Source: an uncultured Gammaproteobacteria bacterium (GTDB taxonomy: Bacteria > Pseudomonadota > Gammaproteobacteria > Xanthomonadales > SZUA-36). Taken from it: a stretch of 64,000 nt of DNA. Positions 29,317 through 40,912 of the stretch are shown here, in pieces. Location: NCBI GenBank assembly GCA_963700705.1, contig CAVOYQ010000022.1, positions 38,218 through 102,217 of the forward strand, given 5' to 3'. Below the pieces are notes generated by a model. The model was not told the DNA's origin and ran no database searches. It saw nothing but the letters and a program-made list of their open reading frames with translations. Numbering within the stretch: position 1 is the stretch's first letter; each line of letters begins with the position of its first letter. The position numbers and the translations under genes are program-made.

Positions 29317-32066
29317 ATGGAAAAGAGCTACGACCCCCGCGAAATTGAACAGCGCTGGTACCGCGCCTGGGAAGAAAAAAACTATTTCAAACCGGCGGGT
29401 GGCGATCATCCGTACTGCATCATGCTGCCCCCTCCCAATGTCACCGGCAGTCTGCACATGGGTCATGCCTTCCAGGACACCATCATGGATACCCTCACCA
29501 GGTGGCAGCGCATGAAAGGCGCCGACACGCTGTGGCAGCCCGGGACGGATCATGCCGGCATCGCAACGCAAATGGTTGTTGAAAGAAAACTCCTCGCGGA
29601 AGGCCGTTCCAGGCATGACCTCGGCCGTGAGCGTTTTGTTGAAGCGGTCTGGGACTGGAAAGAGCACTCCGGCGATACGATTGGCAAGCAAATGCGCCGG
29701 CTCGGGGCATCCGTCGATTGGTCCAATCATTGCTTCACGATGGACGAAAGGCTTTCCAACGCGGTCCAGAAAGTCTTTGTTGACCTGTACCAGGAAGGCT
29801 TGATTTACCGTGGCAAACGACTGGTCAACTGGGACCCTGTCCTGCACACGGCGCTTTCCGACCTCGAAGTGATCTCGGAGGAAGAAAACGGCAAGATGTG
29901 GCACATCCGCTATCCCCGGACGGATGGCCGTGGCCACCTGATCGTGGCCACAACCCGCCCCGAAACCCTGCTCGGTGATACCGCTGTCGCGGTGAACCCG
30001 GAAGACGACCGGTACCGGGACCTGGTCGGCCACACGCTGGAATTACCGTTAACGGGGCGCACGATTCCGGTCATCGCCGACGATTACGTAGACGTCGAAT
30101 TCGGTTCCGGTTGTGTAAAGATCACGCCCGCCCATGATTTCAACGACTATGAAATCGGCAAACGGCACGGGCTGGAATTGATCAACGTACTGGACGTCAA
30201 CGCCTGCCTGAATGAAAACTCGCCGGAACAATACCGGGGGCTGGATCGTTTCGAGGCGCGAAGCCGGATCGTCAATGATCTCGACAAGCTCGGCTTGCTG
30301 GAAAAAATTGAAGATCATCGCCTGATGATTCCGCGCGGCGACCGGTCACAGGCCGTCGTCGAACCCTATCTCACCGATCAGTGGTATGTAAAAATCGCCC
30401 CGCTCGCCAAACCGGCCATTGCAGCGGTAGAAGACGGCCGGATCCGGTTTGTTCCCGCCAACTGGAGCAAGACCTATTTTGACTGGATGAACCGCATCGA
30501 GGACTGGTGCATCAGCCGCCAACTCTGGTGGGGCCACCGGATCCCGGCCTGGTATGACCCGGACGGGAACATCCATGTCGGAACCAGCGAGCAAGACGCC
30601 CGGAACCGGTCCGGCCTCTCTGCCGAAATTGAATTGAAACAGGACGAAGACGTACTCGACACGTGGTTTTCTTCTGCGCTGTGGCCGTTCACGACCCTGG
30701 GCTGGCCGGAAAAGACAGACTACCTGGAGCGGTTTTATCCGACCAGCGTGATGGTCACCGGTTTCGATATCATTTTCTTCTGGGTAGCCAGGATGATCAT
30801 GATGGGACTGAAGTTCATGGAAGATGTTCCCTTCAGAACCATTTATATTCACGGCCTGATCCGCGACGGGCACGGACAGAAGATGTCCAAGTCCAAGGGC
30901 AATGTGCTGGACCCGATTGACCTTATTGACGGCATCGAACTGGACCAGCTCATCAGGAAAAGAACCACCGGCCTGATGCAGCCGCAGATGGCCCCGGCCA
31001 TCGAGAGAGCCACGAAAAAGGAATTTCCCGATGGCATACCCTCTTTCGGCACCGATGCGCTCCGGTTTACATTCGCGGCCCTCGCCACGACCGGACGCGA
31101 CATCCGTTTTGACCTGGGCCGGGTCGAGGGTTATCGCAACTTCTGCAACAAACTGTGGAATGCAACCCGCTTTGTACTGATGCAAACAGAAGGTAAAACG
31201 GTCAGGCCGGAAGCCCGGCACGGCATCATCGACCGCTGGATCATTTCGCGCATGAACCGGATGATCACCGAAGTGGAATCGCAGCTGGGCGATTACCGCC
31301 TCGACCTCGCGGCCCAGGCGCTCTATGAATTCACCTGGAACGAGTACTGCGACTGGTACCTTGAATTCTCCAAGGCCATGCTGCAGGCATCGAGTGAAGA
31401 AGAACAGGCCACCACCCGCAACACGCTGTTGACCGTACTCGAAACCTGCTTGCGAACCCTGCACCCCATCATGCCGTTTATCACCGAAGAAATCTGGCAG
31501 CGCGTGAAAGCTCCGCTGGAAATTGAAGGTGAAAGCATCATGCTGCAGCCTTTTCCCGTGCCGGGCCGTTTGACGAAGTCGCCGAACAGGATGTCGACTG
31601 GATCAAGAACGTGGTCCAGGGAATTCGCCGGATCCGTTCCGAGCTGAACCTGTCACCGGCCAAAGCCCTCGATGTGCTGTTCCAGGGAGGTCATGCCGCC
31701 GATCACAGCCGCCAGCAGCGGTTCCCGGGTGTCCTGTCACAACTGGCCCGAATTCAGTCAATGAGCTGGGCAGACGAAAAAACGGACACTGCGCAGTGTG
31801 CCGTCGCCCTGGTTGGCGATTTGAAAATACTGATACCGCTGAAGGGACTGGTGGATGTGGAAGAGGAACTTGCGCGACTGATGAAGCAGCTTGAACGCGA
31901 AAACATCGATCTCAAGAAAGCGGAAGGAAAACTCGGTAATCGCCGTTTTGTCGAAAATGCACCGGCTGCCGTGGTGGAACAGGAACAGGAGCGGCTGCTC
32001 TCCCACAAGGCCAACGTCGATAACCTGCACAAGCAGATTCGCCAGCTGGAACTGTTGCGTGATTAA
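29317..32066 (+). CDS. valS: Valyl-tRNA synthetase, one frame break
   Basis: HMGH (SLHMGHAF) and KMSKS motifs are present. ORF 31611-32066 is the ValS C-terminal coiled-coil. The frames join near 31556-31570 ([30 protein letters not shown]). Confidence 0.95.
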
Positions 32067-32566
32067 GTTTTGTTTATTACCGCGGTTGGCTGGCCCTGAT
32101 CCAACAGCTCGAGGCGCATGATAATGGCGTTTTCCTTGCCCTGGTCGGACCGGTAATAATCCGGCCTTTCCGCAACTACCTCGAACCCGTTTTTTCGATA
32201 AAGCGAGATACCCGCATGGTTGCTGGGCCGAACCTCGAGAAAAATACAGAAACAATCCTGCAGGCGCGCCAGCCGGATCACGTGGTCGAGCAGAATACTC
32301 CCGAAGCCCATTTTCTGGTATTCACTGGCGACACACAGATTCAGGAGGTGACTTTCACCGGCTGCATGGCTCTGGATTGAGTACCCGGCCAGATCGCTGC
32401 CCAACTGCAAACCCCAGCAGTCATAACCGACGCGGAGGCAATCCGCGAAAATTCCGCGGGTCCAGGGATACGGATAGACCGCCAGCTCTATCTCCATGAT
32501 GCGGTCAAGGTCATGCTCGCTCAGCCGGCGAATCAGGGGGTGCAGCGTGCCGGGCTCGGCTATCAT
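32063..32566 (-). CDS. rimI: Ribosomal-protein-alanine N-acetyltransferase RimI
   Basis: GNAT fold (LLNLCVASEYQKMGFGSILLDHVI). Start at ATG 32566 (MIAEPGTLH). holD-rimI synteny. Stop overlaps the valS stop (TTAA). Confidence 0.85.
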   Translation of the reverse strand: MIAEPGTLHPLIRRLSEHDLDRIMEIELAVYPYPWTRGIFADCLRVGYDCWGLQLGSDLAGYSIQSHAAGESHLLNLCVASEYQKMGFGSILLDHVIRLARLQDCFCIFLEVRPSNHAGISLYRKNGFEVVAERPDYYRSDQGKENAIIMRLELLDQGQPTAVINKT

Positions 32567-32573
32567 GATGGCA

Positions 32574-33023
32574 TCAGGCCCGCACACCATCTTTTCCGGA
32601 GACCTGTTTCCAGAACGTCTGCTTGGCGGCGCCGTTGGCCGCCAGGACTTCCAGGCTATCGGCAACCAGGACGCGGGCCGATCCAACGACCATCGGAACT
32701 TCGCCCTTGAACAGCCGCATTCCCGGTCTGGCGCCGAACAGCACCACCCGGGTAAACAGGTATTGGCCAACCGCCTCTTCCAACGAGGTGCTTTCGGGCC
32801 GGCCTTCGGGGTCCGGCCATGCCCAGACAGCACCGCCGCCAAGCGCCCTGGAGACGTCACAGGCAAACGGACCGGCAGCGAGTTCAGCGGAATCGCAGAT
32901 CAGCAAAGTATCACCCTCTCCCGGTTGCAGAACCAGCCGGTTGGAATCCGGGTCGTGCAGCCTGGCTGACCATATGTCAAAGCCCATCGCTTCAAGATAG
33001 GCCCGGCGCCGGGATTCAATCAT
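32574..33023 (-). CDS. holD: DNA polymerase III psi subunit
   Basis: MIESRRRAYLEAMGFDIWSARL... N-terminus is typical of HolD. Located directly upstream of rimI. ATGA overlap with pssA. Confidence 0.7.
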   Translation of the reverse strand: MIESRRRAYLEAMGFDIWSARLHDPDSNRLVLQPGEGDTLLICDSAELAAGPFACDVSRALGGGAVWAWPDPEGRPESTSLEEAVGQYLFTRVVLFGARPGMRLFKGEVPMVVGSARVLVADSLEVLAANGAAKQTFWKQVSGKDGVRA

Positions 33024-33817
33024 TTTCCCGGTTCTTTCTTCGGAGCGACTTTTGCTTTTCGGCCGGCCCGCCGGTTTTTCCATGCCTGCCGGCCGAGCAC
33101 CGTCATGACCAGCCCGGAACAGACATAGATGATGCCGACCGCCATCATCACCGAGGGGGGGTCAACCGCCAGCAGTACAAACACCAGCACGACCAGAAAC
33201 AGGAAGCCGGTGGGGATTTTGTCTCCGCGAGGCCAGGACTTTCCGCTGAAATAGCGAATGCGTGAAAACATCAACAACCCCAGGGCGACCGTTTCAAACC
33301 ACAGTATCCAGCGAACCGACTCGCCCGGGATGCCCTGGTCGGTAAAAAACCAGATCGTTGAAACCAGCGTGCCGGCCGCGGCCGGTGACGCCAGCCCCTG
33401 GAAAAAGCTCTTGTCTGCGCTTGACGCCTGCGTGTTGAACCGCGCCAGCCTCAGCGCTGCGCAAGCAACAAAAAGAAACGCGGCAAGCCAGCCAAGTTTG
33501 CCGGCTAGGGGGCTGATTTCACGCATGGAGGAGAGCGACCAGTTGAAAGCCAGCAGCGCCGGCGCCAGCCCGAAAGAAATCAGGTCCGACAAGCTGTCGT
33601 ACTGAACACCGAATTCACTCTGCGTATTGGTCAGGCGAGCCACCCTGCCATCAAGGCCGTCCAGCACCCCGGCAATCACCACGGCAACGGCCGCGGCAGT
33701 GTAATGGCCATTGATCCCGGAAATGATCGAATAGAAACCGGCGAAGAGCGCGCCGGTCGTCAGTGCGTTCGGAAGCAGGAAAACGCCTTTATGTACTATT
33801 TTTCCACCGTGCTCCAT
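33020..33817 (-). CDS. pssA: CDP-diacylglycerol--serine O-phosphatidyltransferase
   Basis: CDP-alcohol phosphatidyltransferase motif (GVLDGLDGRVARLTNTQSEFGVQYDSLSDLISFG). Start ATG 33817 with AGGAG RBS. Confidence 0.9.
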   Translation of the reverse strand: MEHGGKIVHKGVFLLPNALTTGALFAGFYSIISGINGHYTAAAVAVVIAGVLDGLDGRVARLTNTQSEFGVQYDSLSDLISFGLAPALLAFNWSLSSMREISPLAGKLGWLAAFLFVACAALRLARFNTQASSADKSFFQGLASPAAAGTLVSTIWFFTDQGIPGESVRWILWFETVALGLLMFSRIRYFSGKSWPRGDKIPTGFLFLVVLVFVLLAVDPPSVMMAVGIIYVCSGLVMTVLGRQAWKNRRAGRKAKVAPKKEPGK

Positions 33818-33932
33818 GCCGTCTCCTCTGCAATTGCCGACCGGGCAATAATAACACCCACTGGTATACTGAATTAGGCAAAAAAACATCGACTATGTTA
33901 TAAGAAAAACTGCTTCATAGCAGGGAACGCAG

Positions 33933-34472
33933 ATGAAACAGGTAATTTGCACACAAAGACCCGTTCAACGCCGGACAGGAATTCTGTTCGTCCTGGCCAT
34001 CCTGGCCGGCTTTTGCTGGCTCAACACCGGGTGGGCCGCCGAAGTCTATACCTGGAAGGATGCCGATGGCGTAACCCATTTCAGCGACATGCCACCGGAA
34101 TCCGGAGACGCACAGCAGATCGAGGTGGAGGAAGCCTACTACCCCGGCTCCAGCGGCGCCTATACCGACGGTGAAGCTGGAGCGTCAGAACCGGAACCGT
34201 CCGGGGAAGACGACAATCCGATGACCGAGAACCCGCAGAATCTCGCCGAGCAGCGGCGGGAACAGCTTGCCAGGGACCGCCAGGAACGAGAGGAAGCGAA
34301 GGCGGAAACCGACGCCTTGTGTGAGCAGAACCGGCAACTTCTCGAACGCCTGGAGCCTGCCCGCAGGGTGTTTTACACCAACGAGCAGGGGGAAGAAGTT
34401 CGGATGGACGACGAAGAGCGGGTTGGACTGGTGGAAGAGGCCAAAGATTTCATGGCCGAAAACTGCAAGTAA
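33933..34472 (+). CDS. DUF4124 domain protein (secreted, acidic, coiled-coil)
   Basis: Signal peptide followed by VYTWKDADGVTHFSDMPP, the DUF4124 signature. Confidence 0.75.
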   Translation: MKQVICTQRPVQRRTGILFVLAILAGFCWLNTGWAAEVYTWKDADGVTHFSDMPPESGDAQQIEVEEAYYPGSSGAYTDGEAGASEPEPSGEDDNPMTENPQNLAEQRREQLARDRQEREEAKAETDALCEQNRQLLERLEPARRVFYTNEQGEEVRMDDEERVGLVEEAKDFMAENCK

Positions 34473-34611
34473 TCGGTTCCGCATGCAACTCAAGTCGGTG
34501 GTTTAAGCGGCCGATATCCTGTTAAGCGAACGTTTCAGGGTGGAGCCGTGCTCCAAATCCGGCAGCGGCTGCTCCAACCCTGCCCTGACCCTGTTGCCAG
34601 GGCAACGGGAT

Positions 34612-35566
34612 TCAGTGGGATTCAGCCTCATCGGTAGCCAGCCAGAATCCCAGGTCGCGCTGTAACAATCGCCCCAGGAGTTCAACATCGTCTTTCAGTT
34701 GTTCCCGCAGGACATCCGCCATTTGAGCCGAAAGTGGGGCCGGTCGCCTGGGAGCCTTGTTAAGCTTCGTGATCCGTTTGACCAGGTTTGGACGTATCGT
34801 GCCGTCTTCCCGGTATTTTCGCTTGCGACGTTCCAGGGTATCAATGAACTTTCCACCCTTGGTAGCCGTGTTAATAGCAGGCGCTGGATCCAATAGTATC
34901 GATACATCTGGCTTTCAAGGCGTCGCTCGAATTCGGTCTGACCATCGTAGTCAAGCCCCAGGAAGTCAAGCAAGGCGCGGTACACCGACAGGGCGTCTGA
35001 GGTAAAATCATCAAACACGATAATATGTACCCGGTCACGGCCAACATCGTTGAACAGCGCTCGATCCGGGCACCGAAACTGGCGCATTCGCGATAGTTCA
35101 GAACGCGTGAATCAAGACAGGTGTCCGGTATGTTTTCACCTCTTGCGCGCGCCGGCTGCAATGCCCAGGCCCTGGCAAAGTCCTTTTCAGTCTCCTGGAA
35201 CAGGAATAACATCCGCTGGTGATATGAAGGCAGCATGGTCAGAGGATTGCGTACCATGACGATGAATTTTGCATCAGGATTGAAATGCCGGATCCACTCG
35301 ATAGACTCCGGAAGGTGCAAGTAGGACACGGATCCCTCACCCGCTGCGCGTGTTTCGCCGGTTCGATGAGAAAAATATCGGTCGATATAATCGTGCTTGA
35401 TGGCGTCTTCGGAAGGTAATTCGCTGAGCCGGGTGAAATAATGCGTTTCCTTGGGGCGCGAAAAACAGATCTGGGGATGGCGCATAAGGTAGCGCGAAAG
35501 GGAGGTTGTGCCGCAACGGGGCGCTCCTATAATAAAGAAATCCGGGAAACCTTGTAGGCGGGTCAT
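34612..35566 (-). pseudogene. Sulfotransferase-family gene in three frame pieces
   Basis: PAPS-binding 5'-PSB motif FFIIGAPRCGTTSL. The pieces 34871-35566, 34695-35087 and 34612-34893 read on as one protein. Frame breaks near 35055-35068 and 34888-34900. Confidence 0.7.
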
Positions 35567-35748
35567 GGGTGCAGGCTCGGTCAATGGGTTATCAGGATCC
35601 GGCGGGCGTATCTTTGCAAACAATTCAGGTGCGAATCATACATCAGGGTGTCCGGAAAAAGCAGGACGTTTCTGCAATAAGGAATCCGAAATCAGTTCAA
35701 TACATGCAAAGCCTTTTTGCCAATGACACCATCCGGTAGCCATCGCTG

Positions 35749-37035
35749 ATGCTCAAGCGTGTCGCGATAAATTTTGTCAGGATACTCAAAGGGCGCGGAA
35801 TTGCGGGCGTATTTTCCGCCATTTCCACAGCCCTGATGGCACACGCCCTGCCGGTAGAGCAGTTCGGGCTGATCGTCCTGCTTCATACCTATGTCAAAGT
35901 GGTCAAAGGACTATTCAACTTCAATACTTACGAGACTATCGTCAAGTATGGTGTGCCGCTGCAGGACGGCGGCAATGAGCCCGAGTTGAAAAGCCTGTTG
36001 CGGACAACCTTTTCCATCGACTTTGTTTCCACGCTCATTGCCACATTGGTTGGACTGGCCGCCGTTCCGGTGACAGCCCATTTACTCCACTGGGACCAGC
36101 AACTGACCCGATGGGCCTTTTTTTATACCCTGATTATCATCACCACCGGGGTTAATACCAGCAACGGGATACTCCGCCTCTACGACCGCTTCGATGCCCT
36201 GAGTGTTCAGTACACCATCCAGCCCGCGGTCAGATTGCTGCTGGTCATCCTGGCATGGGCCCTGGAGGGCGGCATGTTGATGTTCATCCTGGCCTGGGGG
36301 ATTGGCTATTGTGCCGGCAATATTTACCTGTTCATACGGGGTCAGCTGGAATTGAGAAATCACCTGGCCACTGCTTTTTTTGAAGGTTACCACTGGCGCG
36401 AAATTTTCGACTGGGATCGCGAATTCTGGCGGTTCATCGGCGTGGTTTATTGGCAGACCAATCTGGATCTCATACCGAAACAGCTTTCCACGCTGCTGGC
36501 CGGTAACTTGTTGGGACCGGCGGCTGCCGGTCTTTTCCGATTGGCGCGGGAGATTCAAACGGTTCTGAACCGGCCTGCAGAAATGCTGGGGAACGTCCTG
36601 TTTCCCGACCTCACCAGGGCCTGGCATACGGACAGAAGCAGTTTCAGGAAACTGTCTTTTCGAACTTCGCTCATCGCCGGCTGTTCCGGCCTGCTGGTCG
36701 TGGTATTCGCCTGGTTTGCGGGTGAATGGATACTCGCCCTGATCGGTGAGAACTACGTACCGGCCGCCCCGTTAGTGGTGCTGCTCTTGCTGGCTGCATC
36801 GTTTGATTTTGCCAGCGCGCCCCTGCGGGCGTCGGCCTACGCAATGGGCAACGCGGGCATCCTGTTACGAATTCACATCCTCGGCACAGCCGTTTATGTC
36901 CTTCTTTTCTACGCGATGGCCAGCTTTATTGGCCTGATCGGGGCAGGTTTGGCCTCTGTCCTGACCTCCCTGATGACTTTTACCCTGACAGCGCGGCTGA
37001 TGACCCGGAAACACCGGTTTTCCGGCCCGGCCTGA
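35749..37035 (+). CDS. Polysaccharide/oligosaccharide flippase (MOP superfamily, Wzx-like)
   Basis: 428 aa with about 12 hydrophobic segments; resembles lipopolysaccharide biosynthesis/flippase proteins in general. Confidence 0.65.
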   Translation: MLKRVAINFVRILKGRGIAGVFSAISTALMAHALPVEQFGLIVLLHTYVKVVKGLFNFNTYETIVKYGVPLQDGGNEPELKSLLRTTFSIDFVSTLIATLVGLAAVPVTAHLLHWDQQLTRWAFFYTLIIITTGVNTSNGILRLYDRFDALSVQYTIQPAVRLLLVILAWALEGGMLMFILAWGIGYCAGNIYLFIRGQLELRNHLATAFFEGYHWREIFDWDREFWRFIGVVYWQTNLDLIPKQLSTLLAGNLLGPAAAGLFRLAREIQTVLNRPAEMLGNVLFPDLTRAWHTDRSSFRKLSFRTSLIAGCSGLLVVVFAWFAGEWILALIGENYVPAAPLVVLLLLAASFDFASAPLRASAYAMGNAGILLRIHILGTAVYVLLFYAMASFIGLIGAGLASVLTSLMTFTLTARLMTRKHRFSGPA

Positions 37036-37113
37036 TCCCGTCATTGGGCCCGTCGCCCGCGCCTTTTGGCGGGAACCAACCTTCACAAGCCAAAGCCTGT
37101 AAAATCTGTCAAA

Positions 37114-37300
37114 ATGCCAGCTGAACAAAGCCGGCTGCAAGATCACGCCGCACGCCTGGAAGCCACTAAGGCGCTGGTGAATGACGTCGACGGCACGCTC
37201 AAGGACGGCGGCATGTACTGCGGTCATGACGGTGAAGCCCTGAAATAATTCAACACGCGCAGTGCGGGAGGTCTGCGATTTGCTGCTGGCCCACAGACCC
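37114..37300 (+). pseudogene. Remnant of a KdsC-family HAD phosphatase gene
   Basis: MPAEQSRLQDHAARLEATKALVNDVDGTLKDGGMYCGHDGEALK then TAA. Similarity continues after the stop ([11 protein letters not shown], compare FNVRDGYGIR) and is then lost. HAD motif I DVDG is present. Confidence 0.55.
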
Positions 37301-37389
37301 GATTCAAACCGGGAGCCCGCCGCTACTTGACCTGGCGGCGCTCCGAAAACGCTATACTATGTGCCACAGGACAGCAGAATCCAAAACGT

Positions 37390-39105
37390 ATGAAAACCAG
37401 CAAATTTCACATAATAACCACCCGTGAAACCCCGGCGGATGCCGAGATCGCCAGCCACCAGTTGATGCTGCGCAGCGGCATGATCCGGAAATTGACCGCC
37501 GGTATTTACAGTTGGTCGCCGCTCGGTTGGCGGGTACTGAAGAAAGTCGAAAAGATTGTCCGGGAAGAGATGGACCGGGCCGGCTATCTCGAGATGCTGA
37601 TGCCGGCTGTCCAGCCGGCTGAACTGTGGAAAGAAACCGGGCGTTGGGAGGATTTCGGCGGGCAACTGCTCAAAATCCAGGACCGGGCCGGGCGCGACTA
37701 CGTCTTCGGGCCGACCCATGAAGAGGTCATCACCGACCTGGCGCGCAATGAACTGCGCAGCTACAAGCAGTTGCCGGTGACGTTCTACCAGATACAAACC
37801 AAGTTCAGGGACGAAATACGGCCGCGTTTCGGCGTGATGCGCGCCCGCGAGTTCCTGATGAAGGACGCCTATTCCTTCCATATCGACGAAGCGAGCCTCG
37901 ATGCGACCTACTGGGAAATGTATGACGTGTACTCGCGGATTTTCGAACGCGCCGGGCTGCGGTTCCGGGCCGTGCGTGCGGACTCCGGCGCCATCGGCGG
38001 CAGCCAGTCGCATGAATTCCATGTACTGGCGGATTCCGGTGAGGACCTGATCGCATTTTCCAGCGAATCAGATTTCGCCGCGAACGTTGAATTGGCTGAA
38101 GCCGTGGCTCCTCCAGGTGAGCTTGCCGCCCCGGCGGAAGAGCTTCGCCTGGTCGATACGCCGGACGCCCACACGATCGTTGAGCTGGTGGAACAATTTG
38201 GTTTGCCGGTTGAAAAAACCGTGAAAACCCTGGTCGTGGAGGCGGCGGAAGAATCCGGTTCAGGCTTCGTGGCACTGTTGGTGCGTGGCGACCACACGCT
38301 CAACGAATTCAAGGCGGTCAAATTGCCGCAGGTCGCAAACCCCTTGCGCTTCGCAAGCGATGAAGAAATTCGGGCAGCCATCGGTGCCGGCCCCGGCTCA
38401 CTCGGACCGGTCGGCCTGAAAATACCCTGCATCATGGATCGCAGCGTGGCGCTGATGTCGGATTTCGCCGCCGGCGCCAACCAGGACGGCAAACATTATT
38501 TCGGCGTCAATTGGGGCCGCGATACCGAAATACCGCCACAGGCGGACCTGCGAAACGTCGTTGAAGGCGACGCCAGTCCGGATGGCAAAGGCACGATACT
38601 GCTGGCCCGTGGAATCGAAGTGGGCCATATCTTCCAGCTCGGCACCAAGTATTCGGAATCGATGAACGCGGTGGTGCTGGGCGAAGACGGGAAATCCCAC
38701 GCGATGCCGATGGGTTGTTACGGAATCGGCGTCTCGCGCATCGTTGCCGCGGCGATCGAACAGAATCACGACGAAAACGGGATCTGCTGGCCGGAACCCA
38801 TCGCGCCGTTCCAGGTCGCCATCCTGCCGATGAACGCGAGCAAGTCCTACCGTGTGCGTGAAGCGGCGGAAAAACTCTATGAAGAACTGCAGGCCGCGGG
38901 CGTGGAAGTCCTGCTCGACGACCGTAATGTGAGGCCCGGCGTGATGTTCAATGACATGGAACTGATCGGAATTCCGCACCGCGTGGTCATTGGCGAGCGC
39001 GGGCTGGACCAGGGTGTTCTCGAATACCGCAAACGGACCGATTCGGAAAACGGTGAAATCCCGCTTGAAGGCGCCGTCGCAGCAATCCTGGAGAAGCTGG
39101 GTTAG
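37390..39105 (+). CDS. proS: Prolyl-tRNA synthetase
   Basis: [35 protein letters not shown]... bacterial-type ProRS with an editing-domain insertion. Confidence 0.95.
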   Translation: MKTSKFHIITTRETPADAEIASHQLMLRSGMIRKLTAGIYSWSPLGWRVLKKVEKIVREEMDRAGYLEMLMPAVQPAELWKETGRWEDFGGQLLKIQDRAGRDYVFGPTHEEVITDLARNELRSYKQLPVTFYQIQTKFRDEIRPRFGVMRAREFLMKDAYSFHIDEASLDATYWEMYDVYSRIFERAGLRFRAVRADSGAIGGSQSHEFHVLADSGEDLIAFSSESDFAANVELAEAVAPPGELAAPAEELRLVDTPDAHTIVELVEQFGLPVEKTVKTLVVEAAEESGSGFVALLVRGDHTLNEFKAVKLPQVANPLRFASDEEIRAAIGAGPGSLGPVGLKIPCIMDRSVALMSDFAAGANQDGKHYFGVNWGRDTEIPPQADLRNVVEGDASPDGKGTILLARGIEVGHIFQLGTKYSESMNAVVLGEDGKSHAMPMGCYGIGVSRIVAAAIEQNHDENGICWPEPIAPFQVAILPMNASKSYRVREAAEKLYEELQAAGVEVLLDDRNVRPGVMFNDMELIGIPHRVVIGERGLDQGVLEYRKRTDSENGEIPLEGAVAAILEKLG

Positions 39106-39821
39106 GGAGCCACACCCTCGGTCACCACGAAGCTCAGTGAGCCGACGGTTTCGATAACGCAGTCGACGCGGTCACCCGGCACCAGGGCGCCCACACCGGG
39201 CGGTGTGCCGGTGAATATCAGGTCGCCCGCTTTCAATTCGAAATAACGGGATAGCCCGGCAATGATTTCCGGCACGGACCAGGTCATTTCACCGGTGTTA
39301 CCCCGCTGCCGGATCTCGTTGTTCACATCCAGGCGAATCGATGCGTTTTCCGGATGACCGCCATCAGAAGCCCGGCGGATAGCCGACACCGGCGCTGAAT
39401 GATCGAAACCTTTCGCGGTGCTCCAGGGCCTGCCCTGCTTTTTGGCTTCCGCCTGTAAATCGCGACGGGTCAGGTCCACCCCCGCTGCGTAACCAAAAAC
39501 CTTTTCCAGCGCCTGCTCCACCGGGATGTCGACACCCCCTGCACCGAGTGCGACGACCAGTTCCGCCTCGTGGTGCAGGTTTTGGGTCATCGGAGGATAG
39601 GGCACCGCATCACCCGTGAAAACGGCGTTGGCGGGTTTCGAAAAAAAGCAGGGAGGTTCACGCAGGGATGTCCCCATTTCCCGGGCGTGTTCCCTGTAGT
39701 TGCTGCCCACGCAGTAAATGCGCCGGACCGGGAACATGGCCGCGCTTCCCTTGACCGGCACCTGCGGGGTGGTTTCAGGGCTGAAAACGTACTCACTGTG
39801 AGAACCTTCCATGCGGCTCAT
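39102..39821 (-). CDS. Fumarylacetoacetate hydrolase family protein
   Basis: [18 protein letters not shown] and [12 protein letters not shown] motifs. 4-nt overlap with the trpS stop. Confidence 0.85.
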   Translation of the reverse strand: MSRMEGSHSEYVFSPETTPQVPVKGSAAMFPVRRIYCVGSNYREHAREMGTSLREPPCFFSKPANAVFTGDAVPYPPMTQNLHHEAELVVALGAGGVDIPVEQALEKVFGYAAGVDLTRRDLQAEAKKQGRPWSTAKGFDHSAPVSAIRRASDGGHPENASIRLDVNNEIRQRGNTGEMTWSVPEIIAGLSRYFELKAGDLIFTGTPPGVGALVPGDRVDCVIETVGSLSFVVTEGVAP

Positions 39822-40828
39822 GTCAGCCTCCGTATACCAACGGCATCCCGGATTCGCGCCAGGAAAGGCGTCGCGAAAGCCCGCGCCTTTTCAGCGCCTT
39901 CACGCAGGGTATTTTCGATCTGTGCCGGCTCTGCGATCAGCGCGTCGTAGCGTTCGCGGCTTCCGGCAAGTTCCCGGTTGATCAATTCGAACGTCTGCTG
40001 CTTGGCTTCTCCCCAGGCAATACCGTCCCGGTAAGCCTGGCGCATGTCTTCCCGTTGCGCCTTGCCGGCGAAAGCCGCATAGATCGCGAACAGGGCCGAA
40101 TCGTCCGGGTCCTTGGGCTCACCCGGCTCCAGTGAATTGGTCACGATCCGCATGATGGCTTTGCGCAGCTGCTTTTCGGGCAGCCAGAGCGGAATCGTGT
40201 TGTTGTAGCTCTTGGACATTTTCCGTCCGTCCTTGCCCGGCAGAACCGCCACGTGCTCTTCAACGACGGCTTCGGGCAGGGCGAACAACTCTCCGTAGTG
40301 ATGGTTGAAACGCTGGGCGATGTCCCGCGCCATCTCCAGGTGCTGCACCTGGTCTTTTCCCACCGGCACGTGCGTGGAATTGAACATCAGGATGTCGGCG
40401 GCCATCAGTATCGGGTAGCTGAACAGGCCCATCGTGATGGCGAAATCCGCATCTTCCCCGGCATCGATGTTTTCCTGCACGGACGCCTTGTAGGCATGGG
40501 CGCGGTTCATCAAGCCCTTGGCAGTGGAGCAGGTCAGAATCCAGGTCAGCTCGGGAATCTCGGGAATGTCGGACTGGCGGTAAAATACGGCCCGCTCGGT
40601 GTCCAGGCCAAGTGCCAGCCAGGTGGCCGCGATTTCCAGTGTGGACCGCCGCATTTGCTCCGGGTCCTGGCTTTTCACCAGCGAATGAAAATCCGCCAGG
40701 AAATAATAGGACTGCACGTCCGGATCATGGCTGGCTTCGATGCAGGGCTTGATCGCGCCGACATAATTGCCCAGGTGAGGGGTGCCCGTAGTGGTAATGC
40801 CCGTCAGAACCGTTCGCTTGCTCATCAA
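39818..40828 (-). CDS. trpS: Tryptophanyl-tRNA synthetase
   Basis: HLGNY (HIGH-type) and KMSKS motifs; 336 aa. Confidence 0.95.
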   Translation of the reverse strand: MMSKRTVLTGITTTGTPHLGNYVGAIKPCIEASHDPDVQSYYFLADFHSLVKSQDPEQMRRSTLEIAATWLALGLDTERAVFYRQSDIPEIPELTWILTCSTAKGLMNRAHAYKASVQENIDAGEDADFAITMGLFSYPILMAADILMFNSTHVPVGKDQVQHLEMARDIAQRFNHHYGELFALPEAVVEEHVAVLPGKDGRKMSKSYNNTIPLWLPEKQLRKAIMRIVTNSLEPGEPKDPDDSALFAIYAAFAGKAQREDMRQAYRDGIAWGEAKQQTFELINRELAGSRERYDALIAEPAQIENTLREGAEKARAFATPFLARIRDAVGIRRLT

Positions 40829-40912
40829 TGTTTGTCCACCGCTTCAATCAGAGGCGATATTTTACGGGAAAGAAGAAGACATTACCGGACAAAAACCAGG
40901 GTACCCGGCCTC

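Noticed and set aside
30346-31464. 372-aa ORF on the - strand
   Set aside because: It lies antisense to valS and has no recognisable motifs.
32063-32066. Overlapping convergent stop codons of valS and rimI (TTAA) with no terminator between them
   Set aside because: This is a real observation, but convergent overlaps are common in compact bacterial genomes. There is no evidence of special function.
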